A stretch of DNA of 64,000 nt, taken from UHGV virus genome UHGV-0277313; one strand, written 5' to 3'. Origin of the DNA: a virus. The position numbers and the translations under genes were made by a program. The notes under the pieces were generated by a model. The model was not told the origin of the DNA. It did not search any database and saw nothing but the letters and a program-made list of their open reading frames with translations. The stretch's first letter is position 1; each line of letters starts with the position of its first letter. Positions 46,011 through 56,933 of this stretch are shown one piece after another.

Positions 46011-46340
46011 TTACTTAAATATTTTAATAAATAAAATAAATAAATAAATATATTCCAAAACTGATTCTCTTCGAAGAAAAGTCAATTGGTGATCATAAAG
46101 CTTAAAAGGTTTTACAGATAAAAAGGAAAATGTTAAAAAGAAAATAGGAATCCCAAAGCTAAAGGATAGAAATATTACACCCATATCCCCGCCAAAAAAT
46201 TTCCGAACGAATGAAATGAAGTTCGGAATAAACAAATATCCTAGCATTCGAATTTTTTGATATTTTAAAAATCAATATCAAATCTAAATTTAATGTTCTT
46301 AAAAGAAAATGTACTGTTTCAATGAATAGGAAATAGGTAA

Positions 46341-47834
46341 ATGAAGATTACATATGGTGATCCAAACGAATTAGAAATTGAAGAAGGCAGTTTTACGAAT
46401 ATCGAAGCTATTGATATTCCTGAAGGTAAATGTTTGTTTAGATTATTCGTAAACAAACCTAAAGATGCCAAAATTGTACTTAATGATATTGAGCAGGATT
46501 CTGTTTTAGTTGATGAAATGGATGTTGTACACTGGAATGTTACTTGTGATGGATACAAATCTTCTGTCGGTGAATTCCAGGTTATCAATTCTATTGGGTT
46601 TACTATTTCCTTATTACCTGAAAGAAAAAAGAAAAAGAGAATTAAAAATCCGTATATTAAATGGTCGGTGAATAATAAATACGGGTATCAAGTTGATATT
46701 ATTGATTTATCTGATCAGGAAGATTGTGATTTACCACTACCTTCACCTGAAGGATATGATAATACATATTTGTATGCATTTGGTGGAAATGTATATTGGA
46801 AAGAAATCAAACTTGAGAATCTATTAACGCCAAAAGTATCAGATTCAGGAAAGTATTTAACTTTTGATTCTACTAAAGGATTTTCATTTAATTCACCAAT
46901 TCCTGTATTGCCTGAAGATGAAACAGGTGTCTTTATATTAAAGAATGAAAACGGAAATTTATATTGGGCTAAAGATAATGCTCTTCCTGATTTCCCTGTC
47001 GAACAATTAGGCAATAAACAATATTATATGTTGACATATAAAGATGGTAAAATGAAATGGACTTTAAACCCGTTCACTTTACCAAAACTTCCTGATGAAA
47101 CATATTTTAATGGTGACAAGTTTGTTTTGTCATATAGAAACGATGAAACATTCTGGTCTGATGGTACTGTGTATTGGAAAGATATTAAAGGTACTATAGC
47201 TGATCAACCTGAAATTAGTGAAGATTTAAATAAAGCACTTCAAGATGCTAAAGATATGTCTGAAAAGGCAAATAATAATGCTACAGACGCTTTAGCAAAA
47301 GCTGATAAAGCACTGGCATGGGAAGATTCATTTGGTGTTGAAGCTCCTGGATTTGTCTTTATTGATGGTAAAATAAAAAATGAAGATGGATTCTATTATC
47401 CTGATGGAAGAGATATTGCTCAACTTCATACAGATTTTGATATTTTTAAAAACAGGTATTCAACATTTGAAAAATATGTTATTGCACAAGTTCAAATGAG
47501 ATTAACTTCCCCTGACTATTCACAATTAAGCAATGTCGAATATGTTATGGGTAACTTCTTTTATAATTCTAAAAAAAGATATTTACATATTGAATCGTTT
47601 GAAGTTGGTTCAACTATAGAAGTGTTTAAACCTTTATATAATGAAGATTCAGGATCGGTACAAGGACCTGATTTATCAAGTGGACCAATTATGACGATTT
47701 ATAAAAATGTGTCAGGTGTTGGTGATATTCGTATGCTTGAATTAACTACAGGGTTCTTTTATAAAGTATCAAATAAAAAATCGTTTGAATTAAAATATGT
47801 CGGAGAATTACCCTATGGCGAATACCCAGGTTGA
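46341..47834 (+). CDS. hypothetical virion-module protein (497 aa)
   Basis: First ORF of + strand structural block; AGGTAA RBS. Confidence 0.55.
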   Translation: MKITYGDPNELEIEEGSFTNIEAIDIPEGKCLFRLFVNKPKDAKIVLNDIEQDSVLVDEMDVVHWNVTCDGYKSSVGEFQVINSIGFTISLLPERKKKKRIKNPYIKWSVNNKYGYQVDIIDLSDQEDCDLPLPSPEGYDNTYLYAFGGNVYWKEIKLENLLTPKVSDSGKYLTFDSTKGFSFNSPIPVLPEDETGVFILKNENGNLYWAKDNALPDFPVEQLGNKQYYMLTYKDGKMKWTLNPFTLPKLPDETYFNGDKFVLSYRNDETFWSDGTVYWKDIKGTIADQPEISEDLNKALQDAKDMSEKANNNATDALAKADKALAWEDSFGVEAPGFVFIDGKIKNEDGFYYPDGRDIAQLHTDFDIFKNRYSTFEKYVIAQVQMRLTSPDYSQLSNVEYVMGNFFYNSKKRYLHIESFEVGSTIEVFKPLYNEDSGSVQGPDLSSGPIMTIYKNVSGVGDIRMLELTTGFFYKVSNKKSFELKYVGELPYGEYPG

Positions 47835-48489
47835 TCCGTTTTATATGAAAGCTTTAGAATCATTCAAAGAGGCGGTTTACGTTAAATCTTTAAAAGAAAA
47901 AGAAGATGATGACGTTGATTTTTTGTCATCAACTGATATGAAGATTGCTTTATGTGATTTCCTAAAGACTAATAAAGATTATTTGGACAAGTTAAAGGGT
48001 TTGGAAGACTTTTTATCTGAAGTGTTATTACAAGTAATAACAAAAAGAAAACAGGTCGAAGCAAATCCAAATGAAAAGCCAGAAGAGTCTGATTTTTTCG
48101 AGATGTTTTATGATATTCTTTATAAAGGTTTATCTGAAGAAAAATTAACTTTTCTTAATGCATATCTTGAATCAAAATCTTTAGTCGAGAATTATTCTAT
48201 CGTTGACAATAATGAAGACCCGTTTAAACAGCTTTTCGGGGTGAACTATGACCCTAAAGTTTTGAGCGGCATGTCACAACAACAAAAAGATGAACTCGCG
48301 TCTAAAGCCGCTAAAATGGACCAGAAACAACGTGAAGATTTGTATAAAGAATTAGGTGCATTATGGAAACGGTTTTCCAATTTAGAATTGCCTAGAGTGA
48401 CAGCTATTTCTGCTTTAGGTAATTTTAATCCAGTTGCAGGTTTTTTAGCAAACCTTTTGACTGGTGGGTATGGCAGGATCAATAAATAA
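47815..48489 (+). CDS. hypothetical protein
   Basis: ATG at 47815 with GGAGAA RBS (track start 47797 lacks RBS). Confidence 0.5.
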   Translation: MANTQVDPFYMKALESFKEAVYVKSLKEKEDDDVDFLSSTDMKIALCDFLKTNKDYLDKLKGLEDFLSEVLLQVITKRKQVEANPNEKPEESDFFEMFYDILYKGLSEEKLTFLNAYLESKSLVENYSIVDNNEDPFKQLFGVNYDPKVLSGMSQQQKDELASKAAKMDQKQREDLYKELGALWKRFSNLELPRVTAISALGNFNPVAGFLANLLTGGYGRINK

Positions 48490-49160
48490 TGGCTGATTTA
48501 TTTGGAATAGATAATTACAGAAAAGCATTAATTGCACAAGCGGCTGATTATATTTGGATTGCAAGAGATCAGGCGTTGATGTTGCGAGGAATGTATGTCA
48601 CTGTATTAATTCCAAAAGAAGAAAATAATATTGATGAATATAGTGATTATAAAGATACTAAAACAGATTATGTTCAGATTCAGACATATATTGAACCACA
48701 ATTTGATAAATATATCTTAACTTTGTCATTGTTAGGTCAAGATATGGAAAGAGATTATCCTCTTGAAGTATCAATTATGTCAAGATTACATTTGCCGCGT
48801 AATTCTATTATTCAAATTCCTGAAATAAATTCTGCTGGACAACCTATCACTAGAGAGTGGAGAGTATTGTCAACATCAATAAAACAAGTTGGCAATATTT
48901 ATACAAGAACAGCGAATTGTACGCCAGCCCGTACTTTCGAAGAAATTACAACTGATATTGTTGAAGAATATTGTCGTAGTACTTTTGAAGTAATAGATTG
49001 TACTGTAACAAAAGATGACGAAGTTTGGGATATTCCTATAGATATTATGGGTGTTGGTACTTTAAAAGTTGTTGATTTTGTTTATTACGAACCGTATGGT
49101 TTAGTTGAATGTTCAAATAGACATAAATTTATAATATTTCAACCGACAATATCAGATTAA
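48489..49160 (+). CDS. hypothetical protein
   Basis: 223-aa ORF; start overlaps upstream stop (TAATG). Confidence 0.5.
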   Translation: MADLFGIDNYRKALIAQAADYIWIARDQALMLRGMYVTVLIPKEENNIDEYSDYKDTKTDYVQIQTYIEPQFDKYILTLSLLGQDMERDYPLEVSIMSRLHLPRNSIIQIPEINSAGQPITREWRVLSTSIKQVGNIYTRTANCTPARTFEEITTDIVEEYCRSTFEVIDCTVTKDDEVWDIPIDIMGVGTLKVVDFVYYEPYGLVECSNRHKFIIFQPTISD

Positions 49161-49219
49161 TTTTATTTGTTCTTTTTTAATATACTAGTTTAAATAACCG
49201 TTTTAAGGGGAATTATTTC

Positions 49220-49648
49220 ATGAGTACAATGACAAAAGAAGCATGTAATGCTATGATTGATTTTGTTTTTGGAAACGGTCAAGGTTTAAAGTCACCAACA
49301 AGTCTACATTTGGCATTATTCAATAATGACCCTTCCGAAGATTTGCCAGTTGAAGTTCCAAATTCTTCAGCATATGGTTATTCAAGACAAGTTATTAAAT
49401 TTTCACAAGCTAAAGATGGACGTTCCTATAATACTGAAACAGTAACATTTCCAGCAGCTAAAAAATCATGGGGCGTCGTTAAGGCTATTGGTGTTTATGG
49501 GAATATTCAGACATCTGAAGGTGATGGAAATACAGGTGAAGTTGAGACATTATTGTTTTATGCTACTTTGCCAAATCAAAAAGAAATTCCGGCTAATGCT
49601 GTTTTAGCTTTTTCACCAGGGAATATTAGATATACATTGGTTATCTAA
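49220..49648 (+). CDS. hypothetical protein
   Basis: 142-aa ORF with AAGGGG RBS. Confidence 0.5.
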   Translation: MSTMTKEACNAMIDFVFGNGQGLKSPTSLHLALFNNDPSEDLPVEVPNSSAYGYSRQVIKFSQAKDGRSYNTETVTFPAAKKSWGVVKAIGVYGNIQTSEGDGNTGEVETLLFYATLPNQKEIPANAVLAFSPGNIRYTLVI

Positions 49649-49685
49649 TATTTTTTTCTTTTATTTCTTTTCGAGGATGAATCTA

Positions 49686-49907
49686 ATGTGTACCGAATCT
49701 GAATTAAAAGCTATTATTCGTGAAGAGCATAAAAATTTAAAAAAAGCTGCTAAAACAGCAGGTATTTCCGAAGATCTTTATTTATCCTGTATTGCTAAAA
49801 GTTTTGCAGACGCTTTTAAAATTTTCCCAAAAGAACATTTTTATAATTATAAACAAAATACGTGGATTGGAAGAGTCTACAAGAGGGCGGTTGCTTTGCG
49901 TGACTGA
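49686..49907 (+). CDS. hypothetical small protein
   Basis: ATG at 49686 has GAGGA at proper spacing. Confidence 0.4.
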   Translation: MCTESELKAIIREEHKNLKKAAKTAGISEDLYLSCIAKSFADAFKIFPKEHFYNYKQNTWIGRVYKRAVALRD

Positions 49908-49915
49908 TATTTTTT

Positions 49916-51253
49916 ATGCAAGAAGCCGTTCCATTTTTTTCGGAAACTTTGCTCGAATTTTTTAAGTTCACACAAACTTTGGGTGATAGTTACGTTTTCT
50001 TTACTTTTTTAGCGATTTTTATAATAATTCTAAATAAAGCATTAGGTGCTGAAAGAATTGAAAAACTAGCATGCTTTATTTGGAAAATAACGACTTTTCC
50101 GTTTATTTATGTATATAAATTTCTTTTTAAGAAAACAAAAAGAGAAGAAGCCAATACAACTATTATACATCAACAAATTGTAAATATTGATTATTTTTCT
50201 TTAGTTAATCGATGTTTAAAAACATTTGAAGAATGTATAGCAGAAATAAATACATTTCATACAAATGATTTAGTTAAAGATATTTTATTACGTGATATTT
50301 GTGAATGTGTTTTTGAAGCTGTAAAAGAAGAGTTATATGACTTTGCAGAAAAAAATAAAGATGTAAATGATGTAGAGATTATATTATCAAATCTGTATGT
50401 GACTGTTAATAAAATTTCTGTAAATTATGATAGAAGATGGAAAAGTAAAAAGATTCAAATAAGTTTGATTCAAAAAATCTATAAAATTATTAGTGAGTTA
50501 GAGACGGTGTTTAAGGAAACTTTTAAACATATGATGAATTTTGATCATACGTCTTTTTCTATTGATACTGAAATTCGTTATATTTGTGCTCATTATCAAA
50601 CTTTAGCAGAAACTTTTAAGTCAGAAATAAAAGAAATGAATGGAACGCTTAACGGTGTTGAATATAAAAATAAAGTAATTGGATTGTATAATTCATTTGG
50701 TGCTTTAAAAATTGATCGATTTCCTTTTCCTTTAGGTATTCATGATGCAGATGTAAGTAGCGTACTGACAGTCACTATGAAAAAATTAAAATGTGATTAT
50801 GCAGGATTAGTAGATTTTTATGAAACACCTGAAATGATTGAAGATGGTTTGAATCATGAATTTAATGTACAACGTATTCTTGATTCGAAGTTTGCAGTGT
50901 CGTTTGCAAGCTGTCCAAAAAAATTCTCATATAGAGATTTTATTGAAAAACGTGCAACTGATTTATTAACTCGCGATTGTGCAGAACGTTTGATTAATAA
51001 TGAGGTTTTAATTTTTGATAGAAGTGAATTATTGGAATGGTCAAATATAAGAAGCTTTATGGCAATGAATGATTTTCAGACTATCGTAATGCAGCCGATT
51101 TTAAGCGGTCGTGAAGTTTTGATTGGTTTAATTGTTTATTTGTTTATTTATGAAAAGGATCATTCTACTGATAAACTTGATAAAGAGTATTTAAAAAGTA
51201 TGTCAGCAAGGTTTGTAAATTTTTTTCGTCATATGATAAGCTTGAAGAATTGA
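49916..51253 (+). CDS. hypothetical protein with N-terminal transmembrane segment
   Basis: FFTFLAIFIIILNKALG hydrophobic stretch near N-terminus. Confidence 0.5.
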   Translation: MQEAVPFFSETLLEFFKFTQTLGDSYVFFTFLAIFIIILNKALGAERIEKLACFIWKITTFPFIYVYKFLFKKTKREEANTTIIHQQIVNIDYFSLVNRCLKTFEECIAEINTFHTNDLVKDILLRDICECVFEAVKEELYDFAEKNKDVNDVEIILSNLYVTVNKISVNYDRRWKSKKIQISLIQKIYKIISELETVFKETFKHMMNFDHTSFSIDTEIRYICAHYQTLAETFKSEIKEMNGTLNGVEYKNKVIGLYNSFGALKIDRFPFPLGIHDADVSSVLTVTMKKLKCDYAGLVDFYETPEMIEDGLNHEFNVQRILDSKFAVSFASCPKKFSYRDFIEKRATDLLTRDCAERLINNEVLIFDRSELLEWSNIRSFMAMNDFQTIVMQPILSGREVLIGLIVYLFIYEKDHSTDKLDKEYLKSMSARFVNFFRHMISLKN

Positions 51254-51298
51254 TTGACTGAAGATAGTCAATAAACGTTCTTAACCTATAAAGATCAC

Positions 51299-51505
51299 TT
51301 GATCTATTCTAGGAGATTTGTTATGTGCACAAAATTTGAAATTAATGAATCAGTAAAAGATCGTTTAGAAAAGTCTGGTATTGAACTAACTGAACAAAAA
51401 TCTCAAGCAGAAGTTATTAGCGAAGTCAACCGTTCAAACATTGCTGTTGCTCGTTATGATGAAAAAAACGATAAAGTGACAATTAAAGAAAGTTTGAATG
51501 GGTAA
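51299..51505 (+). CDS. hypothetical small protein
   Basis: 68-aa ORF. Confidence 0.35.
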   Translation: MIYSRRFVMCTKFEINESVKDRLEKSGIELTEQKSQAEVISEVNRSNIAVARYDEKNDKVTIKESLNG

Positions 51506-51974
51506 GTTTATGGCTGAAATTAAGTATCCTATTAAATGCATTAGTTATTGTGCGTCAAATTATGGTACGTATGATCGGGCTAATTCTTTTGAATTTTGGG
51601 TTCGTGGTCATCTGATTCGTATTGTTGGTGATAAACCTTTTTCACGTGGTGATATGATTTGGTTAGATGAAATCGATTACGACGATTTACATGAAGAATA
51701 TATTGTACGTATTCGTGTAATTGATGAAGAGCCGTATGAAGAAGGTTTGCCTGTATTATCTTTAGCAACATCACGTATCGTTTATAGTTCAGATGATTTT
51801 GATGTTATTGAGAAAGACGGTGTTAAAGTATTGAAAACATTGTCGGTTCAGACTGATGATAGTTATTCTTTAGCATTCATTAGTTTGTTATACGGTGATG
51901 GTGTTATTTCTTGTAAGTCTAAATCTTCAGGTGCGGCCTTTAATTTAGACTTCAAGTTGTCATGGAAAAAATAA
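51498..51974 (+). CDS. hypothetical protein
   Basis: 158-aa ORF just upstream of portal candidate. Confidence 0.45.
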   Translation: MGKFMAEIKYPIKCISYCASNYGTYDRANSFEFWVRGHLIRIVGDKPFSRGDMIWLDEIDYDDLHEEYIVRIRVIDEEPYEEGLPVLSLATSRIVYSSDDFDVIEKDGVKVLKTLSVQTDDSYSLAFISLLYGDGVISCKSKSSGAAFNLDFKLSWKK

Positions 51975-51983
51975 GGATAGCGA

Positions 51984-53954
51984 ATGTCTGGTTTTGCTAG
52001 CAAGCTTAAAAATATGATTCCTTTTTTAGAATCTGAAACAGATCAGCTAAAGAAGGTGGCTCGTCATATGACTGATGATTCTTTACGGTCTTTTGCCGCA
52101 AGGAACAATCTTCGCGTTCAGCGTACAGAAACTGGTGATTTTATTTCAGTTCCAGTTGATACACCTGATAACATTTTTATGTCTTTTTATGAAAGCTGGA
52201 CTTCAACATTTTCAAACACTGGTAGTTTTACTGGAAACAATAAAGCTAATATTTATGCAATGTATGATGTCATGGATGAAAACATGACTGAAGCAAGTAT
52301 GATGCTTGATACATATGCAGAAGAATCAATTTCTTTTGGTGTTATTGATAACGCTATCAAAGTTACTGTTTCAGATCCAAGTGCTCAAAAAGTTCTTGAT
52401 TCTGTTTTAGAAAAAAATAAAATTTTAAAACGTGCAAAAGCTGATATTCGCACAATGTGTAAATACGGTGATGCAGCATATGTTTTAGAGTTTCCTCAAT
52501 CTTTATATGATGCATATAATAATTTACCGTCTGATATTAAAGACGAAACCGATCCTGGTGAATTCTTTAATATTATGGATTTAGATATTTATCCAATAAA
52601 TCCAAAGAATTTCGTGATTAATGCTGATGAACAAGGTCGTGTAATTAATTATAAACAAGATAATTCATTACAGTCTGATTCGAAGAGAATCGTCTCTTCA
52701 CATACAATATTAACTAAAGTTTGGCAGCCGTGGCAGTTTGCAAGATTCTCAATTGATGACGATACTTTACGCCCGTATGGAAAGTCTATTCTTTACGGCA
52801 TGCGTACATTGTTTGATCAGTTATCAACACTCGAAGCTTTATTAGCAATGTCTAGAGCGTCAAAAGTACAACGTTTAGTAATCAAAGTTCCTGTACCCTC
52901 AAGTAATGCCACTGAAGCTTTTCAGCAGATTTCAAGAACAAAAGCACAGTTTAAATCAACAATCTTTTCTGATGCCGTAAGTACTAAATCAGGTCGTAAA
53001 GTGGCCGGATTAACTGAAGTGTTCTTCATGCCTTCAGGTCCAGATTATAGCATTGATACAATTAAAAACGATATTGATATTTCTTCAACTGAAGACGTTA
53101 ATCATTTTCTTGATAAAGCTTTACGTGCAACAAAATTACCTAAAGGATTCTTTTCAGGTGAAGATGGTGAAGATTCTGGTACAGCTTTAGCTGAAAGAGA
53201 CCAAAAATTTGGTAAAGCGTTATTGCAAGTTCAAAATGCATATGCAGAAGGTTTGGTTGATTTATGTTCATGTATTTTAGCACATGCTGGTTTTCTTGTT
53301 GATCAGCTTGAAATTACTGTTGAAATTCAGCGTCCAACTCGTTTATCAAAGAATTTAATTGAAGAATATAAAAACATTTTGGACTTCGTTTCTGCATTAC
53401 GTGAAGTTGTTCAGGAAGATAATCCAAAGATTAAATATCCGGCAACGAATTTAGCGCAGTTGTTAGTTTTAGCAGGTATTCCTGTTGATTATGTTAAGTT
53501 GTTATTGGCTCAAAATCCTGTAACTGTTGTTAGTGATACTATTATGTATGACTTGATGAGTTCGTTGGAAGTTAAGCCGTATAATTATGAAAAATCAAAT
53601 AAAAAAGATATTGATGCTCAATCTGATATTTCTAGAGATGAGAAAGGTCAGTTGATTGTTAATGATGATAATACAACTTCTGATATTGATATTAATAATA
53701 TCAAACAGGCAACTATTAATGATGTAGATACAAAATCCGAAGATGATTTGTCTATTGGGTTTGGTATTGAACCTGATCATTATAAAGTAAGTTCAGTAAG
53801 CAATTCAAAAGACCTTTATTTGTGTGAACGTCGTACAATTGTTAGAGTTACAAGTCGTGAAGTTTTAGCAGCAGAACCTTCTTTGAAAAATGAGCTTCTT
53901 GAAGTAGCTAAAGATTTGCGTGGAAAGAAGTTGTTGAATGAACAATCAAAATAA
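51984..53954 (+). CDS. putative portal protein (gp20-like) by synteny
   Basis: 656-aa ORF followed by two small ORFs, protease-scaffold and gp23-like capsid gene (T4 order 20-67-68-21-22-23); no direct motif check possible. Confidence 0.45.
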   Translation: MSGFASKLKNMIPFLESETDQLKKVARHMTDDSLRSFAARNNLRVQRTETGDFISVPVDTPDNIFMSFYESWTSTFSNTGSFTGNNKANIYAMYDVMDENMTEASMMLDTYAEESISFGVIDNAIKVTVSDPSAQKVLDSVLEKNKILKRAKADIRTMCKYGDAAYVLEFPQSLYDAYNNLPSDIKDETDPGEFFNIMDLDIYPINPKNFVINADEQGRVINYKQDNSLQSDSKRIVSSHTILTKVWQPWQFARFSIDDDTLRPYGKSILYGMRTLFDQLSTLEALLAMSRASKVQRLVIKVPVPSSNATEAFQQISRTKAQFKSTIFSDAVSTKSGRKVAGLTEVFFMPSGPDYSIDTIKNDIDISSTEDVNHFLDKALRATKLPKGFFSGEDGEDSGTALAERDQKFGKALLQVQNAYAEGLVDLCSCILAHAGFLVDQLEITVEIQRPTRLSKNLIEEYKNILDFVSALREVVQEDNPKIKYPATNLAQLLVLAGIPVDYVKLLLAQNPVTVVSDTIMYDLMSSLEVKPYNYEKSNKKDIDAQSDISRDEKGQLIVNDDNTTSDIDINNIKQATINDVDTKSEDDLSIGFGIEPDHYKVSSVSNSKDLYLCERRTIVRVTSREVLAAEPSLKNELLEVAKDLRGKKLLNEQSK

Positions 53955-54297
53955 AAACTTTAAGGTTTTCAGCGGAATACGATCTTTTTTAAAATTAGAA
54001 AACGGATATGTTTCCGTGACTGATGTTGAAACTAAAGTTTCTGTCGTTGAAGATTATAAAGTTGTTTATGATATTTTAAAAATTATCTTAACAGAACAAC
54101 GGTTTGATGTTTTTCTTCGTGAGTTGTCAGCAGGTAATCTTGTTGTTTATAATTTTTTAACAAACAAACTATCATTTGTTAAGGATAAAGAAGAAGAATT
54201 AGTTAAGTTCGGTTTGTCAAAAGAGTTAAATCGTTCGGTAATTGAAGAGCGATATCTAAATGAAGATGGTAAAGAAGAATTTTTCTTAAATTGGTAG
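53938..54297 (+). CDS. small prohead core protein candidate (gp67-like position)
   Basis: Synteny only. Confidence 0.3.
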   Translation: MNNQNKNFKVFSGIRSFLKLENGYVSVTDVETKVSVVEDYKVVYDILKIILTEQRFDVFLRELSAGNLVVYNFLTNKLSFVKDKEEELVKFGLSKELNRSVIEERYLNEDGKEEFFLNW

Positions 54298-54349
54298 TTT
54301 TGTTTATTAATAAGAATTACGTTCTTTAGTTTAATTCTAGTTTCTATTT

Positions 54350-54736
54350 TTGAGAGAATTGCACATGGATAATAATTTTAATAACCCGTTTATTTTTGAC
54401 AATAGACCTGTACCGTGTGTATCTGTTAAGTTTAGGACTCTTTTAAACACAAAGGATACAAATCTGTATCAGTTGTGGAACTCTTTTATTTCAAAAGTTA
54501 TGCGTGAAGAAAAGAGCAGATATAAATATTCACAGGTTACTTTAATTCGTGAGTATTTACAAAGTCATCCAAATTTTGATATTGTCAAAGCAGCGGAATA
54601 TACATCATATACAATGCGTGAGTCTGTTGCTAGCATCAAGCCAATTTATGATTTAATTGACATTGATACACTAGCTTTTGTTTTGGCAATTTCTGGCTTT
54701 AATGTCAGAGAATTTGTTCGTAATGAAAATTGCTAA
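54350..54736 (+). CDS. small prohead core protein candidate (gp68-like position)
   Basis: Synteny only. Confidence 0.3.
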   Translation: MRELHMDNNFNNPFIFDNRPVPCVSVKFRTLLNTKDTNLYQLWNSFISKVMREEKSRYKYSQVTLIREYLQSHPNFDIVKAAEYTSYTMRESVASIKPIYDLIDIDTLAFVLAISGFNVREFVRNENC

Positions 54737-56790
54737 TTGATGATATAGGATTGTTTAAGATGAAAAAGAAAACTCTTTTGATTGAACAATCAGACTTTTC
54801 CTTTCATGTAGAAAGAGAAAGCGAAGGGTTAAAAGAAGCTCTAGAGATCAAAGAAGACGGAAACGCGATTATTGTTAAACATGTTCCTTGCACGATTTTG
54901 GGCAAGAAAAATTTAAATGGTCGTATTTATCCTGCTGCAATGATGAAAAAGTCTTTAACAGATGCAAAACCACAGATCGATGCTCGTTCCTTGATTTGTC
55001 AGGCGCACGATCATCCTGAAGGTACATATGTTAAACCTATTGAAGCTTCACATCTAGTTGTTGATGCATATATCGAAGATGTTCCAAATGTTGGTCCGGT
55101 ATTGTTCAACGATTGGGAAATTTTACCAACAAGTCATGGTCGTGATTTAGCGGCCTTAATTGAAGCTGACGTTAGTTTAGGTACTTCAATTCGTGGTTTA
55201 GGTAATATGAGCGGTTCAGTTGTCGATGATTATGAATTTTTGGGAACTGATGTCGTAGGTAACCCTTCATCTGGTACGTTCACAGGAATGTTTAATCCAG
55301 CAAAAGCGACTAAAATGTCACGTAATGAAATGCGTGAAGCTTATGGTGATCCAGATGTTGCAGTAAATAAAAATATTGACATAATCATGCAAAATGCGTT
55401 AGCTGATAAAGAAGATGATGCTGCAGATGTTGGAAATATTAGTGCTCAAAAAGAATATAATGATATTCTTAAATTAGCTGAATATATTTATGTTGCTATT
55501 GTTAATAACAATAAATCTTTTGATAGTAAAGATGGTTTGTTAGATACAATGGCAGAAATTGTTTCTGAATATTTAGAGCTTAATAATTCTGAAGTTAAAG
55601 ATCAAGTCAATATGGCAATGTGTCAATTGCATGGTGCAAGTTGGTTTGAAGATTTAGACTCTTTAGTTAATCCTGTTAAAACAGATAAAGATAGTGAGTT
55701 CTCTAATCCAGAAAATGAAACGCCTGAAATGTCAGGCGAAGAACTAATTGATAATCAACAAACTCAAGTTAGTACGCTAGGAGAAAGTAAAATGGCTACA
55801 GTTGATCTTTCAGATTTACCTGAATTAAAACAGTTACAGAAAGGTGGCGACGCTACCGCTATTCATCAGGCACCTGAAGCTTTGGACCGTCCTGAAGAAG
55901 CTGTTACAGCTGAAGAAACACCAAATAAAGGTGCTTTGAAAGCTGGTCCAAATCCCGTCGTTGGAGATGCCCCTTCTGTTGAAGATATTAAAAAAGTTAA
56001 GTTCCAGGCTTATGATGCGAACAACATTCTTGCTCGTGAAAAAGTTAAAATGGAATCTCGTTGCACTGAATTAGCGCAGATGTTGGCGGAATCTCGTCGT
56101 AATCTGGCTGAAAAAGCTGAAAAGTATAATGAAGCTCAAAACGTTGTTAAGAGTCTTGTTGAACAATTATCAGTGTACAATACCGCGTTTGGTTCAAAAA
56201 CACCTGACGAAATTAAGGGTGAATATGAAAAACAGATCGCTGATCTGAAAGAATCCAGCGCTAAAGAATATGCTGTTCGTAAAGAAAAAGCGAATGCATA
56301 TGTTAAAGGTCTAATGACCGAATCTTCCGAAAAAGTCAAAAAGATTGCTGAAGACTTTAATGGTAAATTGTCTGTTAAAGAATCTGAAATCGCTGATTTG
56401 AATAAAAAGTTGGAAGAATCTGCGGCTGAAATGAAAGTTCTGAAAGCTGAATCTTATTCCGATAAACTTCGTATGGAAGAAGAATCCAAAAAAGCGCAGA
56501 AAGAAAAATATATGGAAGCTGCTAATAAAGCCGCTAAATTGAACGAAAAGCTGATCGAAGAATCTGCTAAAATGATTAAAGTCGCTTTAGAAGAATCCGC
56601 GAAAGCTCAAAAAGAACTGAAAAAAGAAATCGACATGCAAAAAGGCTTGTTCGAAAAAGTTCAGTCAATGTTCGATATTGCTTGCTCTATCAATGAAGCT
56701 TTGTCTGATGCCGTTATGAAAGAATGCATGGGCAAATGCGGAACTCGCCGTAAAGAATCAACTGCTCGCCGTTTGCGTGGTCACCGTTAA
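54730..56790 (+). CDS. prohead protease (gp21-like) fused to coiled-coil scaffold-like C-terminal region
   Basis: KKNLNGRIYPAAMMKK...CQAHDHPEG...SIRGLGNMSG aligns with T4 gp21 NKRLYPKRILEKA...GELNHPP...SSRGLGSLTD; C-terminal 300 aa E/K/A-rich heptad-like. Confidence 0.7.
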   Translation: MLIDDIGLFKMKKKTLLIEQSDFSFHVERESEGLKEALEIKEDGNAIIVKHVPCTILGKKNLNGRIYPAAMMKKSLTDAKPQIDARSLICQAHDHPEGTYVKPIEASHLVVDAYIEDVPNVGPVLFNDWEILPTSHGRDLAALIEADVSLGTSIRGLGNMSGSVVDDYEFLGTDVVGNPSSGTFTGMFNPAKATKMSRNEMREAYGDPDVAVNKNIDIIMQNALADKEDDAADVGNISAQKEYNDILKLAEYIYVAIVNNNKSFDSKDGLLDTMAEIVSEYLELNNSEVKDQVNMAMCQLHGASWFEDLDSLVNPVKTDKDSEFSNPENETPEMSGEELIDNQQTQVSTLGESKMATVDLSDLPELKQLQKGGDATAIHQAPEALDRPEEAVTAEETPNKGALKAGPNPVVGDAPSVEDIKKVKFQAYDANNILAREKVKMESRCTELAQMLAESRRNLAEKAEKYNEAQNVVKSLVEQLSVYNTAFGSKTPDEIKGEYEKQIADLKESSAKEYAVRKEKANAYVKGLMTESSEKVKKIAEDFNGKLSVKESEIADLNKKLEESAAEMKVLKAESYSDKLRMEEESKKAQKEKYMEAANKAAKLNEKLIEESAKMIKVALEESAKAQKELKKEIDMQKGLFEKVQSMFDIACSINEALSDAVMKECMGKCGTRRKESTARRLRGHR

Positions 56791-56811
56791 TTCTTCGGTC
56801 GTGATTATAAA

Positions 56812-56841
56812 AGAGGGGTGGTTAGTTCCGCCCCTCTTTTT
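56812..56841 (+). terminator. rho-independent terminator after protease-scaffold gene
   Basis: AGAGGGGTGG-ttagtt-CCGCCCCTCT-TTTTGTTTT. Confidence 0.75.
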
Positions 56842-56872
56842 GTTTTATTTAGAATATTTATATAAATTTTTA

Positions 56873-56901
56873 TTGACATATTGTTTTATTTGTTGTAATA
56901 T
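56873..56901 (+). promoter_or_regulatory. near-consensus sigma70-type promoter (TTGACA n17 TAATAT) upstream of endonuclease-like gene
   Basis: ttgacatattgttttatttgttgtaatat read directly, about 33 nt upstream of ATG 56934. Confidence 0.5.
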
Positions 56902-56933
56902 TATTTCATAAAATAAAGTTTAAGGTGTCTTTT

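Noticed and set aside
46011-46247. 78-aa ORF on minus strand over the GC-rich island
   Set aside because: Translation is a low-complexity F/L/I string; the region is better explained as a non-coding element.
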